From contig JBDNGG010000027.1 of NCBI GenBank assembly GCA_041689405.1, forward strand, positions 1 through 50,760: a stretch of DNA of 50,760 bases. Direction: 5' to 3'. The stretch comes from Terrimicrobiaceae bacterium (lineage in GTDB: Bacteria; Verrucomicrobiota; Verrucomicrobiia; Chthoniobacterales; JAATET01). The translations under genes and the position numbers were made by a program. Positions 10,771-20,631 of the stretch are shown piece by piece (positions within the stretch are counted from its first letter, which is position 1; each line of letters starts with the position of its first letter). Below the pieces are notes generated by a model. The model was not told where the DNA came from. It searched no databases and saw nothing but the letters and a program-made list of their open reading frames with translations.

Positions 10771-13692
10771 CTATGGCTCTTGTCCATAACGGAGCTCCCC
10801 CTCCTCGTAAACCGTGATATTTTCCGACTTAGCGGTGGCCTGTGATCCCGAACCCAAGCCTTGGAAAGATGGGTCGTTGGATGGATTCCACACCGACGCC
10901 GGGAATCCTGTGCGCATACTCAAACGGAACAACGATTCCCGACGAAAGCCTGTAGACGAGCCAGGAGCAATACGTGTGCCGCTGAAGTCGATTTCAACAT
11001 AGTAGATATTGCGAGCAACGTCATGCGGCAGCAGGAGCGAAATTTTGGCTCCCTGGCTGTATGTAAGGCTCGCCTGCACCGCACTGGCGTTAAAGCCAGC
11101 GGTGTAAACTTCCGTAAGGTCCACGAAATAACGGAACGCGAGTCCTTCCGACGCCCTTGCAGGATAGGCAGAGCGGTTATTAATGAGGGCCCTGATCTCG
11201 GTAAATCCATTCCCTTGCTGGGAAATTGAGGCTTCTACAAAATAATCATCCACGGGATCCACAAAAACAGGGAAGTCTGCCAGCGGTGTGCCGCCATTGT
11301 ACTGCACCAGTCGGGCAATCGCGCCGGTGAATCCCGCATTGTAATCCAATGCCACCTCATTGGCGACGTAGTCCGTTCGGAGATCGGAATACGCAGAGTC
11401 ATTTGCCGCCGTGGGACCAGCGACCAGCGCGCCATACAGGACGTTCCGATTCAGCGGCGGATTCGCGATGTTGTTGTTCCACGAACCATGTGCTCCCCGG
11501 TGGTGCGGATTGACCGGGGGGTTGTTCCCAAATCCCACCACGTAGCTGCGATTCATAGGGTTTTCACCTAGGGCGTAGTGGATCTGCCGTTTTGCGAAGT
11601 CGCGATATCGGGTGCCCACGTCGCCCACCTTGTCGGCATAGATGAAGGCCAGCAGCGCAGTATTAGAAACGTAACGCAACGATCCCCATTGCGCGAGCCA
11701 TGCGAGACCGCCAGATGTGTAGCTCACCTTCTGGCCGCTATCGCCAACCGTCCAATAGTTCAGCCACTTCTCCACGGCGGTTTTGTAAACCTGCTTACCG
11801 GTGAGCTGCGCAAGAAGGACCGCCGCTCCAGGCAGTTTATTGTCCCAATCATGGGTCCATCGGATCGTTGTCGAAGCAAAGGATTGATTGTAAATCGACT
11901 CTGCTTTTTGAAGATAGATCGGCTCGTTTGTAGCGCGGTAAAGCCACACGGCCGCCCACAGCAACTCATCGGTGTAACCCGAATACGACTTGTAAAAGTT
12001 GGCCGCGTCCGGAATCGAAACCGAGTAGTCGCCGCGGTAGGTATCAGCAAAAGTGAACAATTGTCGTGCGTGGACAAGCATACGATCCGCGTAGGCTGGG
12101 TCACTTGCGCGGAACAACATCGACGCTGCTGAGAGTGCTGCAGCAGCCTCAGCGGTGACTTCAGAACCCGGCTTCGACGCGGTGACTGCATACGAGGGAC
12201 GCGCCATCGTCATTGTCTCGGATGGTCCCCAATACGAATGATCCGGCCCCCCCTGCCCGACTTGGGCATAGAAAACATTGGGCGCAGCGTGGGCCTTCAT
12301 TACCCAATCCATTCCCCACCGGATATTGTCGCTGAGATACTCCGCTTGGCCTGACGCAGCGTAACCCGAAGCATACTCGACCCCACCCCAAGCCAGCAAC
12401 GTCATGGAACTCAACATCGGAAGCGTGAACTTCACGTGATCTCCCGCGTCGTAAAATCCACCAGTCAGATCGATGCCCACATCCGAGCCGTCCTGCAATC
12501 CGGAATCTCCACGCCACTGCACCCGGAAATCCGCAGGAAGCACGCCTGACCGCTGGCTATCGTAGAAATATAATGCCTTTTGCAAGACCTCTCCGTAATT
12601 GAAGATTCCCACACCTGGAGTCGGGGTCGGCGTGGGGATTGGCGTCGGTGTTGGCACTGGGGCCGGACTCACCCCGGGCGTTGGCGTAGCGCCCGGAGTC
12701 GGTGTGGCAACAGGCGTTGGTGAGGGATTAGGTGTCGGTGCTGGAACCGGTGTCGGCGTAGGGGTTGGAGTCCCAGCCGTCTGATAGGAAAAATTGAAAT
12801 CTGCCGGCGCCTGTTTCAGCTCGCCAGGAGAGGCATTGAATCCAAAACTCACCTGACCATTGGCAGGGATGTCTTTATTCCATGAGACCGTGGACGCATC
12901 AAACGTCCAACGATCCTGGACCCGGCTGACGACACGGGCATTCCAGATCGAAGAAATTGCCGGGGTCATTCGAAAATCCAACATCCAGGAGCGGAGCGGC
13001 TGCGACGTCTTATTTTTGATCGTGACGTTCGCACCGAAGCCGCTTTTCCAATCACTGGTAACAACAAATGTGACGGTAGCATTCGGCGTTTCAATTACGG
13101 TATTCGGACCGCCGGGCACTGGGGTCGGCACTGGGGTCGGCACTGGGGTCGGCACTGGGGTCGGCACTGGGGTCGGCACTGGGGTCGGCACTGGGGTCGG
13201 CACTGGGGTCGGCACTGGGGTCGGCACTGGGGTCGGCACTGGAGTCGGCACTGGAGTCGGCGTCGGTGTTGAAGATCCTGATTGGAAGCTGAAACCAGCG
13301 GGCGGAGACTTGAGGCCACCCGGTGAAGCGATGAAACCAAACTTCACACGGCCACGACCAGGGATCGAACGATTCCACGAGAATGACGCAGCATCAAAGG
13401 TGAATCGATCTCCGGCCTTGGAGGCCACGCGGGCATTCCAGATCGACGTGATTGCACCGGGCATTCGAAATGACAGCATCCAATCCGGGATCACGACGTT
13501 AGTCTTATTTTCGAGTTCCACTTCAGCCTGAAACCCGCTCTGCCAATCGCTTGGGACAGTGAAGGTCACTTTGACTTGCGCATTCTCAAATGTTGTTGCG
13601 ACTGATTGAGCGTGAGCAGTCACGGCGCTAACAAAAAACGAGGCGACGCATGCGAGAGTGGGGATTTTTTTCATGATTGGGAGTGGCTGCAA
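10771..13692 (-). CDS. Secreted multidomain endoglucanase: signal peptide, CBM2-like, PT linker, CBM2-like, PT linker, GH9 catalytic domain, CBM3c-like
   Basis: GH9 motifs are [26 protein letters not shown] and [15 protein letters not shown]. Two CBM2-like modules are present ([22 protein letters not shown]). The C-terminal CBM3-like module reads [28 protein letters not shown]. An alternative start is ATG 13674. Confidence 0.85.
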   Translation of the reverse strand: MQPLPIMKKIPTLACVASFFVSAVTAHAQSVATTFENAQVKVTFTVPSDWQSGFQAEVELENKTNVVIPDWMLSFRMPGAITSIWNARVASKAGDRFTFDAASFSWNRSIPGRGRVKFGFIASPGGLKSPPAGFSFQSGSSTPTPTPVPTPVPTPVPTPVPTPVPTPVPTPVPTPVPTPVPTPVPTPVPTPVPGGPNTVIETPNATVTFVVTSDWKSGFGANVTIKNKTSQPLRSWMLDFRMTPAISSIWNARVVSRVQDRWTFDASTVSWNKDIPANGQVSFGFNASPGELKQAPADFNFSYQTAGTPTPTPTPVPAPTPNPSPTPVATPTPGATPTPGVSPAPVPTPTPIPTPTPTPGVGIFNYGEVLQKALYFYDSQRSGVLPADFRVQWRGDSGLQDGSDVGIDLTGGFYDAGDHVKFTLPMLSSMTLLAWGGVEYASGYAASGQAEYLSDNIRWGMDWVMKAHAAPNVFYAQVGQGGPDHSYWGPSETMTMARPSYAVTASKPGSEVTAEAAAALSAASMLFRASDPAYADRMLVHARQLFTFADTYRGDYSVSIPDAANFYKSYSGYTDELLWAAVWLYRATNEPIYLQKAESIYNQSFASTTIRWTHDWDNKLPGAAVLLAQLTGKQVYKTAVEKWLNYWTVGDSGQKVSYTSGGLAWLAQWGSLRYVSNTALLAFIYADKVGDVGTRYRDFAKRQIHYALGENPMNRSYVVGFGNNPPVNPHHRGAHGSWNNNIANPPLNRNVLYGALVAGPTAANDSAYSDLRTDYVANEVALDYNAGFTGAIARLVQYNGGTPLADFPVFVDPVDDYFVEASISQQGNGFTEIRALINNRSAYPARASEGLAFRYFVDLTEVYTAGFNASAVQASLTYSQGAKISLLLPHDVARNIYYVEIDFSGTRIAPGSSTGFRRESLFRLSMRTGFPASVWNPSNDPSFQGLGSGSQATAKSENITVYEEGELRYGQEP
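13115..13258. repeat. Coding tandem repeat: 12-nt unit GGCACTGGGGTC in 10 perfect copies plus 2 copies with one G>A change. It encodes the (PVPT)n linker of the cellulase.
   Basis: Counted directly. The perfect units run 13115-13234 and the variants GGCACTGGAGTC run 13235-13258. Confidence 0.95.
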
Positions 13693-13741
13693 TCCTTCTC
13701 CATCAATAGACTTCTGCGCCCCGATATCTATTCAGACTCGA

Positions 13742-13773
13742 TCAAACAGACAGGAAACTCGGTCAAACAGGCA
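13742..13773 (+). promoter_or_regulatory. Direct repeat TCAAACAG(A/G)CA x2 with 21-bp phasing in the cellulase / LytS-LytTR divergent intergenic region; candidate LytTR operator
   Basis: Repeat copies are at 13742-13752 and 13763-13773. LytTR regulators typically bind short direct repeats about two helical turns apart. Confidence 0.3.
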
Positions 13774-13818
13774 CAGCACCCGTTGACCCAAGGGAAAAAT
13801 CTGTTCAGTCTACGTCCA

Positions 13819-14883
13819 GTGAAAGAGTCATTAAAACAGCGGCTGCATGCAGGACTTTCGTTCTGGCGGCTGAACGTCATCGTTTGGTCTTTGTTCGCCG
13901 TGTTTTCGTTGATCGAGCGGCTGGCAATATTCCCGACGATCTTTCAAGCCAGTGTGTTCTCAATCTTTCAGATTCCGATCGCGGCGATCTTGTCGAGCCT
14001 TCTTCGCATCGTGTATCGGATGCCGTTCGTCGGTACAACCTTTCGTATCGCGACGGCGGCGTGGATTATCGGGCTCAGTCTCGTGGCCGCGTGTATACAT
14101 GCTTATATCATCCACGAAGCCGCTCATTCGCTGGGATGGATCAACTCGAATATCAATGCGGATGTTGCTTTCGGGTTGCGGATAAAATTTTACTGGCTCG
14201 TTTATATGGCATGGGGCCTGGGGTATTTCTGGATTCGCGCCCAGATCGAAGCCTCCTCGCAGGCCGAGCAGGCAAAGGAAGCGCGTGCCGAAGCCCACCG
14301 AATCGAATTGCAGATGCTACGGGCACAATTGGATCCGCACTTTTTGTTCAATTCGCTCAACAGCGTAACCGCCGAGATTCGTCCCCATCCGGACACTGCG
14401 ATCAGCATGATGCGGGAACTCTGCGATTACCTCAGATATTCCCTCGATCATCGCAATCAACCGACGGGCGAACTGGCATCCGAGCTTGATGCCGTATCGG
14501 CGTATCTTAAAATCCAACGGGCGAGGTTTGGAGATCGTCTCAATACGCGCATTGAGGCCGATGACGCGAGCCGACACCGCATCGTCCCGAGTTTCCTCCT
14601 CCAGCCGCTGGTGGAAAATGCCGTAAAACACGGATTCGAAGCGGAACATGCAAGCTGGGATCTGAGCTTGAAGGCCCGCATTGCATACAATACACTGCTA
14701 ATTGACGTGAAAAATTCCGGACACCTCAACCCATCCGAGTCAGGGCATCAGGGTGTCGGGTTGAGCACGCTGCGGCGGCGACTGGAACTACACTATCCCC
14801 GCCGACACTCGTTTGAAATGACCGAGGAAAACGGCTTCGTTTATGCAAAACTGAAGCTTATTGGCAACCCATGCTTCGCGTAA
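13819..14883 (+). CDS. LytS/YehU-type sensor histidine kinase
   Basis: A multi-TM N-terminus is followed by the His_kinase motif ELQMLRAQLDPHFLFNSLNS and an HATPase region (QPLVENAVKHG, GVGLSTLRRRLE). The start is uncertain: the ORF opens at 13606 inside the cellulase gene, so GTG 13819 is used. Confidence 0.8.
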   Translation: MKESLKQRLHAGLSFWRLNVIVWSLFAVFSLIERLAIFPTIFQASVFSIFQIPIAAILSSLLRIVYRMPFVGTTFRIATAAWIIGLSLVAACIHAYIIHEAAHSLGWINSNINADVAFGLRIKFYWLVYMAWGLGYFWIRAQIEASSQAEQAKEARAEAHRIELQMLRAQLDPHFLFNSLNSVTAEIRPHPDTAISMMRELCDYLRYSLDHRNQPTGELASELDAVSAYLKIQRARFGDRLNTRIEADDASRHRIVPSFLLQPLVENAVKHGFEAEHASWDLSLKARIAYNTLLIDVKNSGHLNPSESGHQGVGLSTLRRRLELHYPRRHSFEMTEENGFVYAKLKLIGNPCFA

Positions 14884-15602
14884 TCCTAGTCGACGATGAG
14901 TCACTTGCCCGGCAGGTAATGCGAGAGCTCCTCAATGACGAACCCACGGTGAGCATCGCGGGAGAGGCTGCGTCCATGCCTGCCGCGCGCGATTTAATTG
15001 CCGAAACGAAACCGGACGCCATGTTTCTGGATGTGAAAATGCCAGGCAAAAGCGGCATCGAGCTTTTGCAGTCTTTGGTTCATCAACCGAAAGTCGTTTT
15101 TGTAACTGCATACTCGCAATATGCCGTCCAGGCGTTTGACGTTGATGCAGTCGATTATCTATTGAAACCCGTCCGGCCGGAACGCTTGTCCATGGCCGTG
15201 CAGCGGTTGCGCGTGGCCTGTGGTAAAACGCCGGATGGGGAAGCCCTACCGACACCTTATCTCACCGATGACCGCATTTCGCTGCGAACCCCAGGCCGAA
15301 CACTCATGGCTTCGCTTTCAGAAATTTGTGCTCTGGAAGCGGATGGCGATTTCACCCGCGTCTACGTTGCCGGTGAACAGGCATTGATGATTTGCCAGAC
15401 GCTGCGCACTTACGAGCAAACGCTTCCCTCACCTCCCTTTTTGCGACTCGACCGCTCGTTGATGCTCAATGTGACACGTATCGGCAAGATCGAGCATTTA
15501 TCGCGGGATGAAACCCGGATTTTTCTTCCCGGCGCGGCGCGCTCGTTCTCAGTCGGTCGGAAGGCGTGGACGACGCTCCGTGAGGCAGGCGTCACCGGGT
15601 AG
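14871..15602 (+). CDS. LytTR-family response regulator
   Basis: The receiver is MLRVILVDDE...DAMFLDVKMPG...KPV, with a C-terminal LytTR-like domain. It overlaps the kinase gene by 13 nt. Confidence 0.85.
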   Translation: MLRVILVDDESLARQVMRELLNDEPTVSIAGEAASMPAARDLIAETKPDAMFLDVKMPGKSGIELLQSLVHQPKVVFVTAYSQYAVQAFDVDAVDYLLKPVRPERLSMAVQRLRVACGKTPDGEALPTPYLTDDRISLRTPGRTLMASLSEICALEADGDFTRVYVAGEQALMICQTLRTYEQTLPSPPFLRLDRSLMLNVTRIGKIEHLSRDETRIFLPGAARSFSVGRKAWTTLREAGVTG

Positions 15603-16803
15603 TACCGGGCTCTTCGCGCCCAAAGGGTCTGATGCGAAACCAATCCAAGGCTTCGCCGACGAGGTACAGAGATCCTGTAATCAAAACGGGCCGATGTGAC
15701 TCCCCGGCCGCATGCAACGCCGCACCCAAGGAACTCCAGATTCTCGACTCCCCCAGAACGTATTTCGCAAGCATCTCAGGTTGAGCCGCTCGTTCATTTT
15801 GTATGGGAACCAGCCAGATAGCGTCCGCCACTAATCCTATGCTGGCCAACATTTCCTCGACTGCTTTTTCGGCGAGGGCTCCGAAGATAACCAAGGGCTT
15901 GACGCTTGGATATTCGGCTTCCCACGTGGCGAGAAGCGCTCGGATACCAGCAGGGTTATGGGCGCCATCGATTCGAAAGTTCTCAACTTTCTGGAATCGT
16001 CCTGGCCATTTCACCTCCCGTAATCCTTGGAGAATCGCCATATCCGGCAAAGAAAATCCTGCCGCTTGCACGGCTGCGATTGCCACAGCCGCATTGATGC
16101 GTTGGTGTTGCCCAGCCAGACCAACAATCACATCGTCGGGGATCGGGGCCACTACCGTGAGCGCGGCATTGAGCCGCAGCGCAGTGGCCTCAATCACGGC
16201 CGCAGCTTCCGGAGCCTGTGACGACGAGATCACGGGTACGCCCGGCTTGATGATTCCTGCCTTTTCTGCTGCGATTTCCGCCAGTGTAGAACCCAGCCAC
16301 TGCTGATGATCCATGCCGATGGGCGTGATCACAGTGACTCTCGGGCTTACTACGTTCGTGGCATCCAGTCGCCCACCCATACCGGTTTCCAGCAGGACAA
16401 CATCGACTCGCTCACTTGCGAAATACATCAGCGCAGCAACTGTCATGATTTCAAAAAACGTGGGTGTCTGATCCCAATCTCTAACCGCCGCCCGCAGGCG
16501 TTCCAAGATCGCGTCGAATTCGCTGTGAGAAATTAGCTCGCCGTCCACTCGGATCAGCTCGCGCAAATCAACCAGATGCGGCGAGGTGTACAATCCTGTT
16601 TTCTTGCCTGCTGCGCGAAATATGGAATCCATCATTGCACAAACAGATCCCTTCCCATTGGTGCCTGCGACGTGGATGAAGGTAAGGTGGTCTTGAGGGT
16701 TTCCCACCGCAACCAGAAGCCGACGGGTATTCTCCAGTCCAAGTTTCACACCGAAACGCTGCGTGCCATCCAGCCACGCGAGCGGGTTCTGCGGCTGCAT
16801 CAT
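15592..16803 (-). CDS. folC: Bifunctional folylpolyglutamate synthase / dihydrofolate synthase
   Basis: HVAGTNGKGSVCAMM is the Mur-ligase P-loop and TSPHLVDLRE is present. It lies downstream of accD, as in many bacteria. Confidence 0.9.
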   Translation of the reverse strand: MMQPQNPLAWLDGTQRFGVKLGLENTRRLLVAVGNPQDHLTFIHVAGTNGKGSVCAMMDSIFRAAGKKTGLYTSPHLVDLRELIRVDGELISHSEFDAILERLRAAVRDWDQTPTFFEIMTVAALMYFASERVDVVLLETGMGGRLDATNVVSPRVTVITPIGMDHQQWLGSTLAEIAAEKAGIIKPGVPVISSSQAPEAAAVIEATALRLNAALTVVAPIPDDVIVGLAGQHQRINAAVAIAAVQAAGFSLPDMAILQGLREVKWPGRFQKVENFRIDGAHNPAGIRALLATWEAEYPSVKPLVIFGALAEKAVEEMLASIGLVADAIWLVPIQNERAAQPEMLAKYVLGESRIWSSLGAALHAAGESHRPVLITGSLYLVGEALDWFRIRPFGREEPGTTR

Positions 16804-17648
16804 TTTCTGGGAGGATGAAGGTAACCTAAGATCGCGGAGATCGCATCGCGCATTCTACTTCGTTCGACGATCTGATCAATGAGTCCATGCTTTTCAAGAA
16901 ACTCCGCCGTCTGAAACCCCTCGGGAAGCGTCTGGTGCGTCGTTTCTTTGATAACCCGCGGACCTGCAAAGCCGATCATGCTCTTGGGTTCCGCAAGGAT
17001 GACATCTCCGAGGGAAGCATAACTCGCCATGACGCCAGCCATGGTCGGATTCGTGAGTAAAGTGATATAGGGTAGGCGCGCCTCTGCATGACGTCCGAGC
17101 GCACCGCTCGTCTTCGCCATCTGCATAAGACTCATCATTCCTTCATACATGCGTGCTCCACCAGAGGCACAAATAATGATAACCGGCATCTTTTTTTTGG
17201 TCGCGAGCTCGATAGCACGAGTAATTTTTTCTCCGACCACCGAGCCCATGGATGCTCCGAGAAAGCTGAAATCCATGACCGCGATTGATACCGGCATGTC
17301 GTGAAGTTTTCCGTGACCGCAGATCACTGCATCCGTGAGCCCGGTTTTGGCTTGGTAGCTTTTGAGCCGTTCCTCATACGTCGCCACTCCTTTAAATTCC
17401 AAGGAATCCACAGACGTCATGTTAGCGTCTAACTCGGTAAATGACTCCGGATCAAGGAAACTGGCAATGCGTTCTCGAGCGCCGATGACAAAATGGTAAC
17501 TGCATTTTGGGCAAACCCGAAGGTTCTCCTTGAGAGCGAGATTGTGGGTGACTTCGCCACAAGATGGACATTTCGTCCAGAGGCCTTCCGGGATATCACG
17601 GCTCTTGCGGGCGAGGACGTTTAAAACGGGTTTTCGGAATATTGCCAT
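16800..17648 (-). CDS. accD: Acetyl-CoA carboxylase carboxyltransferase beta subunit
   Basis: Zinc ribbon CPSCGEVTHNLALKENLRVCPKCSYHF, with a carboxyltransferase region (GGARMYEG). ATGA overlap with folC at 16800-16803. Confidence 0.9.
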   Translation of the reverse strand: MAIFRKPVLNVLARKSRDIPEGLWTKCPSCGEVTHNLALKENLRVCPKCSYHFVIGARERIASFLDPESFTELDANMTSVDSLEFKGVATYEERLKSYQAKTGLTDAVICGHGKLHDMPVSIAVMDFSFLGASMGSVVGEKITRAIELATKKKMPVIIICASGGARMYEGMMSLMQMAKTSGALGRHAEARLPYITLLTNPTMAGVMASYASLGDVILAEPKSMIGFAGPRVIKETTHQTLPEGFQTAEFLEKHGLIDQIVERSRMRDAISAILGYLHPPRK

Positions 17649-17662
17649 AATTCTATGAGAGG

Positions 17663-18391
17663 TTATCCACGTGCCACGGTAACAGCACAGACGCGGGATG
17701 CGCCACTATCGATCAGCACACGCGCGCATTCGTCCAGCGTCGAGCCAGTTGTCAACACGTCGTCCACCAATGCGATTCTTAATTCATTCACTGCCGCATT
17801 CTTGCGCATTTCGAAGGCATCGCGCAAGTTCTCCATCCGATGCTTGCGGTCGAATTGTGTTTGGGTATTGGTGTGCCTCTGACGGATAAGTAGGTTCTGC
17901 CACGGAATTCCAAGGTGCTTTGAGGCGATTCGAGCGAGGAGCTCGGACTGATTAAATCCCCGCTCTCGATGCCTTACTGGGTGCAATGGCACGGGAACAA
18001 TCACTTGAGGATCAAAATCGGAAAGCCGCTTATCCTGAAACCCTTCGGCCAGCCAACCTCCCAACAGCACCGCCAATCGCTGCTCATGTTTGTATTTGAG
18101 GCGGTGGATCAACTCACGCGTCGATCCACCAGCACGCATCACAGACACAGCAAACTCAAAATGAAATGGTTGTCCTTTGCAGTTTGGGCAGATAAACGGG
18201 CCGGAAATTCCAGAAAGCGGATGCGAGCAATTTTCGCAGCGCGGATGGTCGATCCGCTGGATTTTTGCTTCGCAGGGCACACAGATCCACCTGCCTGACT
18301 CGATTGCGGTATCGCACACGGCGCAGTGTGGCGGGAAAAGCAAGTCCCCCGCAGCGTTAATTGCATCCTTGATTGCGCCCACAGCCGACAC
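17663..18391 (-). CDS. comF: ComF-family phosphoribosyltransferase-domain protein
   Basis: N-terminal Cys pairs (PPHCAVC...CVPC; CENC..CPNC) and a PRTase motif LVDDVLTTGSTL. The start is uncertain (GTG 18391 or 18382); the ORF opens at 18451 inside the upstream gene. Confidence 0.7.
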   Translation of the reverse strand: MSAVGAIKDAINAAGDLLFPPHCAVCDTAIESGRWICVPCEAKIQRIDHPRCENCSHPLSGISGPFICPNCKGQPFHFEFAVSVMRAGGSTRELIHRLKYKHEQRLAVLLGGWLAEGFQDKRLSDFDPQVIVPVPLHPVRHRERGFNQSELLARIASKHLGIPWQNLLIRQRHTNTQTQFDRKHRMENLRDAFEMRKNAAVNELRIALVDDVLTTGSTLDECARVLIDSGASRVCAVTVARG

Positions 18392-19280
18392 CTCGCAAAT
18401 ACCACCACACCAGCCCGCCAGTGACAAGCAAGACCAGCACCGGGACGACACCTGTCGGCACCATGCCGCTCACTACGCTCGGCCCAACCCATGGCATCAG
18501 TTCCTCTGGAGGCTTAATACGATATCGAGTCACCAAGTTGACTGATTGCTGGATAAGAATCCATCCTGCATGCAGCCCGATTGCCATCCAGAGCGAGCGA
18601 GTGGCAAGCGTTGCAACTCCGGTAATCCATCCGATCACAAACAACGTGATCATCCCGCCAATGAGGACCGAGAACGCCAGCCCACCTTCAAAACTGGATC
18701 CCAGCAAATGAAATCCGGACATCCATGTAACGTCCTCTACTGGAATCAGGCCTTTGGGCTTGATGAAGTGGATCACAGAGAACCCCACCGATACCACAGT
18801 CAATGCGGGAATACTGCGGAGGGATCGGATCGCTAATCCCAGCAAGACGCCGCGAAACAAAAATTCCTCAAAAACCGACACAAATGCCGCTGTGAAGAAA
18901 ATCCGGATCATCGGGTTCAGCGAAAACTCATTCCTAATTCGTAGGATATCAAATTGGACATATCCCGCTGCAAGAATGGCCACTGGAATGATTGCCAATC
19001 CGAGACCCACGGCGAGATCCCGCCACCGCCGGGGGTTGGGCTCGATTCCCAACTGCGTCAAGTTTTGGATCTTCACCCAGCGAATCATCGGCCAAAGCAG
19101 CACAAGAGCCGCAATCTGGGTGATGCGGCTAAACACGCGATGGAATGGATGGCTTTCCAGGCCCAAGGCTATTCCCTGCGCGCCAAGCGCCTGCAATCCC
19201 CAAAAGACAGGCGGCGCCAGAAAAAGCGCGATTAAAACGACCGCCAACAAATACAAAACAATCTTTGCGATAGGATTCAC
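18357..19280 (-). CDS. CPBP-family intramembrane glutamic endopeptidase (CAAX protease/Abi family)
   Basis: A polytopic membrane protein with FEEFLFRG (EExxxR) and a FSVIHF motif. Confidence 0.75.
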   Translation of the reverse strand: MNPIAKIVLYLLAVVLIALFLAPPVFWGLQALGAQGIALGLESHPFHRVFSRITQIAALVLLWPMIRWVKIQNLTQLGIEPNPRRWRDLAVGLGLAIIPVAILAAGYVQFDILRIRNEFSLNPMIRIFFTAAFVSVFEEFLFRGVLLGLAIRSLRSIPALTVVSVGFSVIHFIKPKGLIPVEDVTWMSGFHLLGSSFEGGLAFSVLIGGMITLFVIGWITGVATLATRSLWMAIGLHAGWILIQQSVNLVTRYRIKPPEELMPWVGPSVVSGMVPTGVVPVLVLLVTGGLVWWYLRGVGCGRNQGCN

Positions 19281-19314
19281 GCGCGCGAGCGTATCACCTA
19301 CAGTCTCCGCAGAA

Positions 19315-20625
19315 ATGATTTTTTCCCATCACGACTCGCCCACAGACGATCTGGTCCAGCTCGACAAACTCCATGTGTGGCATCCGTTCACGCAGATGCA
19401 GACATGGTGCGCCCCGGATCATGAGCCACTCGTCCTCGTCGATGGCGAAGGAGCAATGCTCACAGACTCCCGTGGCCGCAGATATCTAGATGGAAATTCG
19501 TCCATTTGGACTAATATTCACGGCCACAAACACCCGAAAATTAACGCTGCCATCCGCGATCAATTGGATCGCGTCGCGCATACATCATTTCTCGGGAGCA
19601 CCAATGCTCCAGCCATCACGCTCTCAACCCGGCTCACTGGATTGTTTCCGGGCAACGTGCTCCCGAAGGTATTCCTATCGGACAACGGGTCTACAGCAAT
19701 CGAAGTAGCGCTTAAAATGGCGGTGCAATACCATCAGCTCCACGGCACGCCGGACCGGAGCCGGTTCATTGCATTTGAAAATGCCTACCACGGGGACACC
19801 GCGGGGGCAGCCAGCGTGGGTGGAATTTCGACGTTCCACGGGCGATTCGCGCAAATGCATTTCCCTGTCGAACGGATACGCACGGAGGCAGACTTGGAAA
19901 AGATCGAGCACCCCGAGCACTTCGCGGCGGTAATTATCGAACCCTGCGTTCAGGGCGCCGCCGGGATGCGTCTGTGGCCCACGGGCCTGCTGCGTGCACT
20001 CCGAAACTGGTGCGACGCACATGGTGTCTTTTTAATTTTCGACGAAGTGATGACTGGATTTGGCAGGACCGGAAAAATGTTCGCCTGCGAGCACGAAAAC
20101 GTGATCCCAGACTTCATCGCCTTGGCCAAAGGCCTCACCGGCGGATACCTGCCTCTCGCAGCCACCCTCACGACGGACCGCGTCTACAACGCATTTCTGG
20201 GTCCGGTCGAGTCGCAGCGCACGCTCTACTACGGCCACAGCTACGCTGGTAATGCCCTCGCGTGTGCTGCTGCATTAGCGAGTCTGGATCTTTTTCGTGA
20301 CGAGTCGACGTTGATGAATCTTCAGCCAAAGATTGCTGACCTTACGATGCACCTCGCCGACCTCCGCATGCACCCGCATGTGCGGGATATCCGGCAATGT
20401 GGATTTATCGCGGGCATCGAAATCGGCAATCGTGGTGGCAACCCTTACCCTTGGACAGAGCTGCGCGGCGCGCGGGTTTGCGCGCGGGCGCGCGATTTCG
20501 GGCTGCTCACACGCCCGGTGCTCGATACCATCACGCTGATGCCTCCGCTTTGCACCACATCGGTTCAGATCAAAGATGCGGTCCATGCAATCCGCACGGC
20601 AATCGATCTCGTATGCGCAGAGTAA
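19315..20625 (+). CDS. bioA: Adenosylmethionine-8-amino-7-oxononanoate aminotransferase
   Basis: LHVWHPFTQM, class-III aminotransferase regions (YHGDTAGAASVGG, FDEVMTGFGRTG) and the PLP lysine context ALAKGLTGGYLP. The start is at ATG 19315; the 560-nt upstream ORF extension is antisense to the CPBP gene. Confidence 0.88.
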   Translation: MIFSHHDSPTDDLVQLDKLHVWHPFTQMQTWCAPDHEPLVLVDGEGAMLTDSRGRRYLDGNSSIWTNIHGHKHPKINAAIRDQLDRVAHTSFLGSTNAPAITLSTRLTGLFPGNVLPKVFLSDNGSTAIEVALKMAVQYHQLHGTPDRSRFIAFENAYHGDTAGAASVGGISTFHGRFAQMHFPVERIRTEADLEKIEHPEHFAAVIIEPCVQGAAGMRLWPTGLLRALRNWCDAHGVFLIFDEVMTGFGRTGKMFACEHENVIPDFIALAKGLTGGYLPLAATLTTDRVYNAFLGPVESQRTLYYGHSYAGNALACAAALASLDLFRDESTLMNLQPKIADLTMHLADLRMHPHVRDIRQCGFIAGIEIGNRGGNPYPWTELRGARVCARARDFGLLTRPVLDTITLMPPLCTTSVQIKDAVHAIRTAIDLVCAE

Positions 20626-20631
20626 GCGCCT

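Noticed and set aside
13115-13258. A possible CRISPR or other non-coding repeat array
   Set aside because: The units are 12 nt with no spacers and lie in frame inside a long, well-supported CDS.
12599-13531. Plus-strand ORFs encoding (GVGT)n or GVG-rich proteins (12599-12784, 12860-13531), and minus-strand (ADPS)n/(RPQC)n ORFs at 13091-13378
   Set aside because: They are alternative-frame or antisense readings of the PT-linker coding repeats of the cellulase gene.
13606-13818. The longer version of the LytS-type kinase starting at 13606
   Set aside because: It would overlap the cellulase start by 87 nt in divergent orientation, and the extra residues are not hydrophobic or kinase-like. A later GTG start is more plausible, though unproven.
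18754-19314. 560-nt N-terminal extension of the bioA ORF (623-aa version)
   Set aside because: It is antisense to the well-supported CPBP protease gene, is low-complexity and Arg-rich, and BioA homology starts at MIFSHHDSP...LHVWHPF (ATG 19315).
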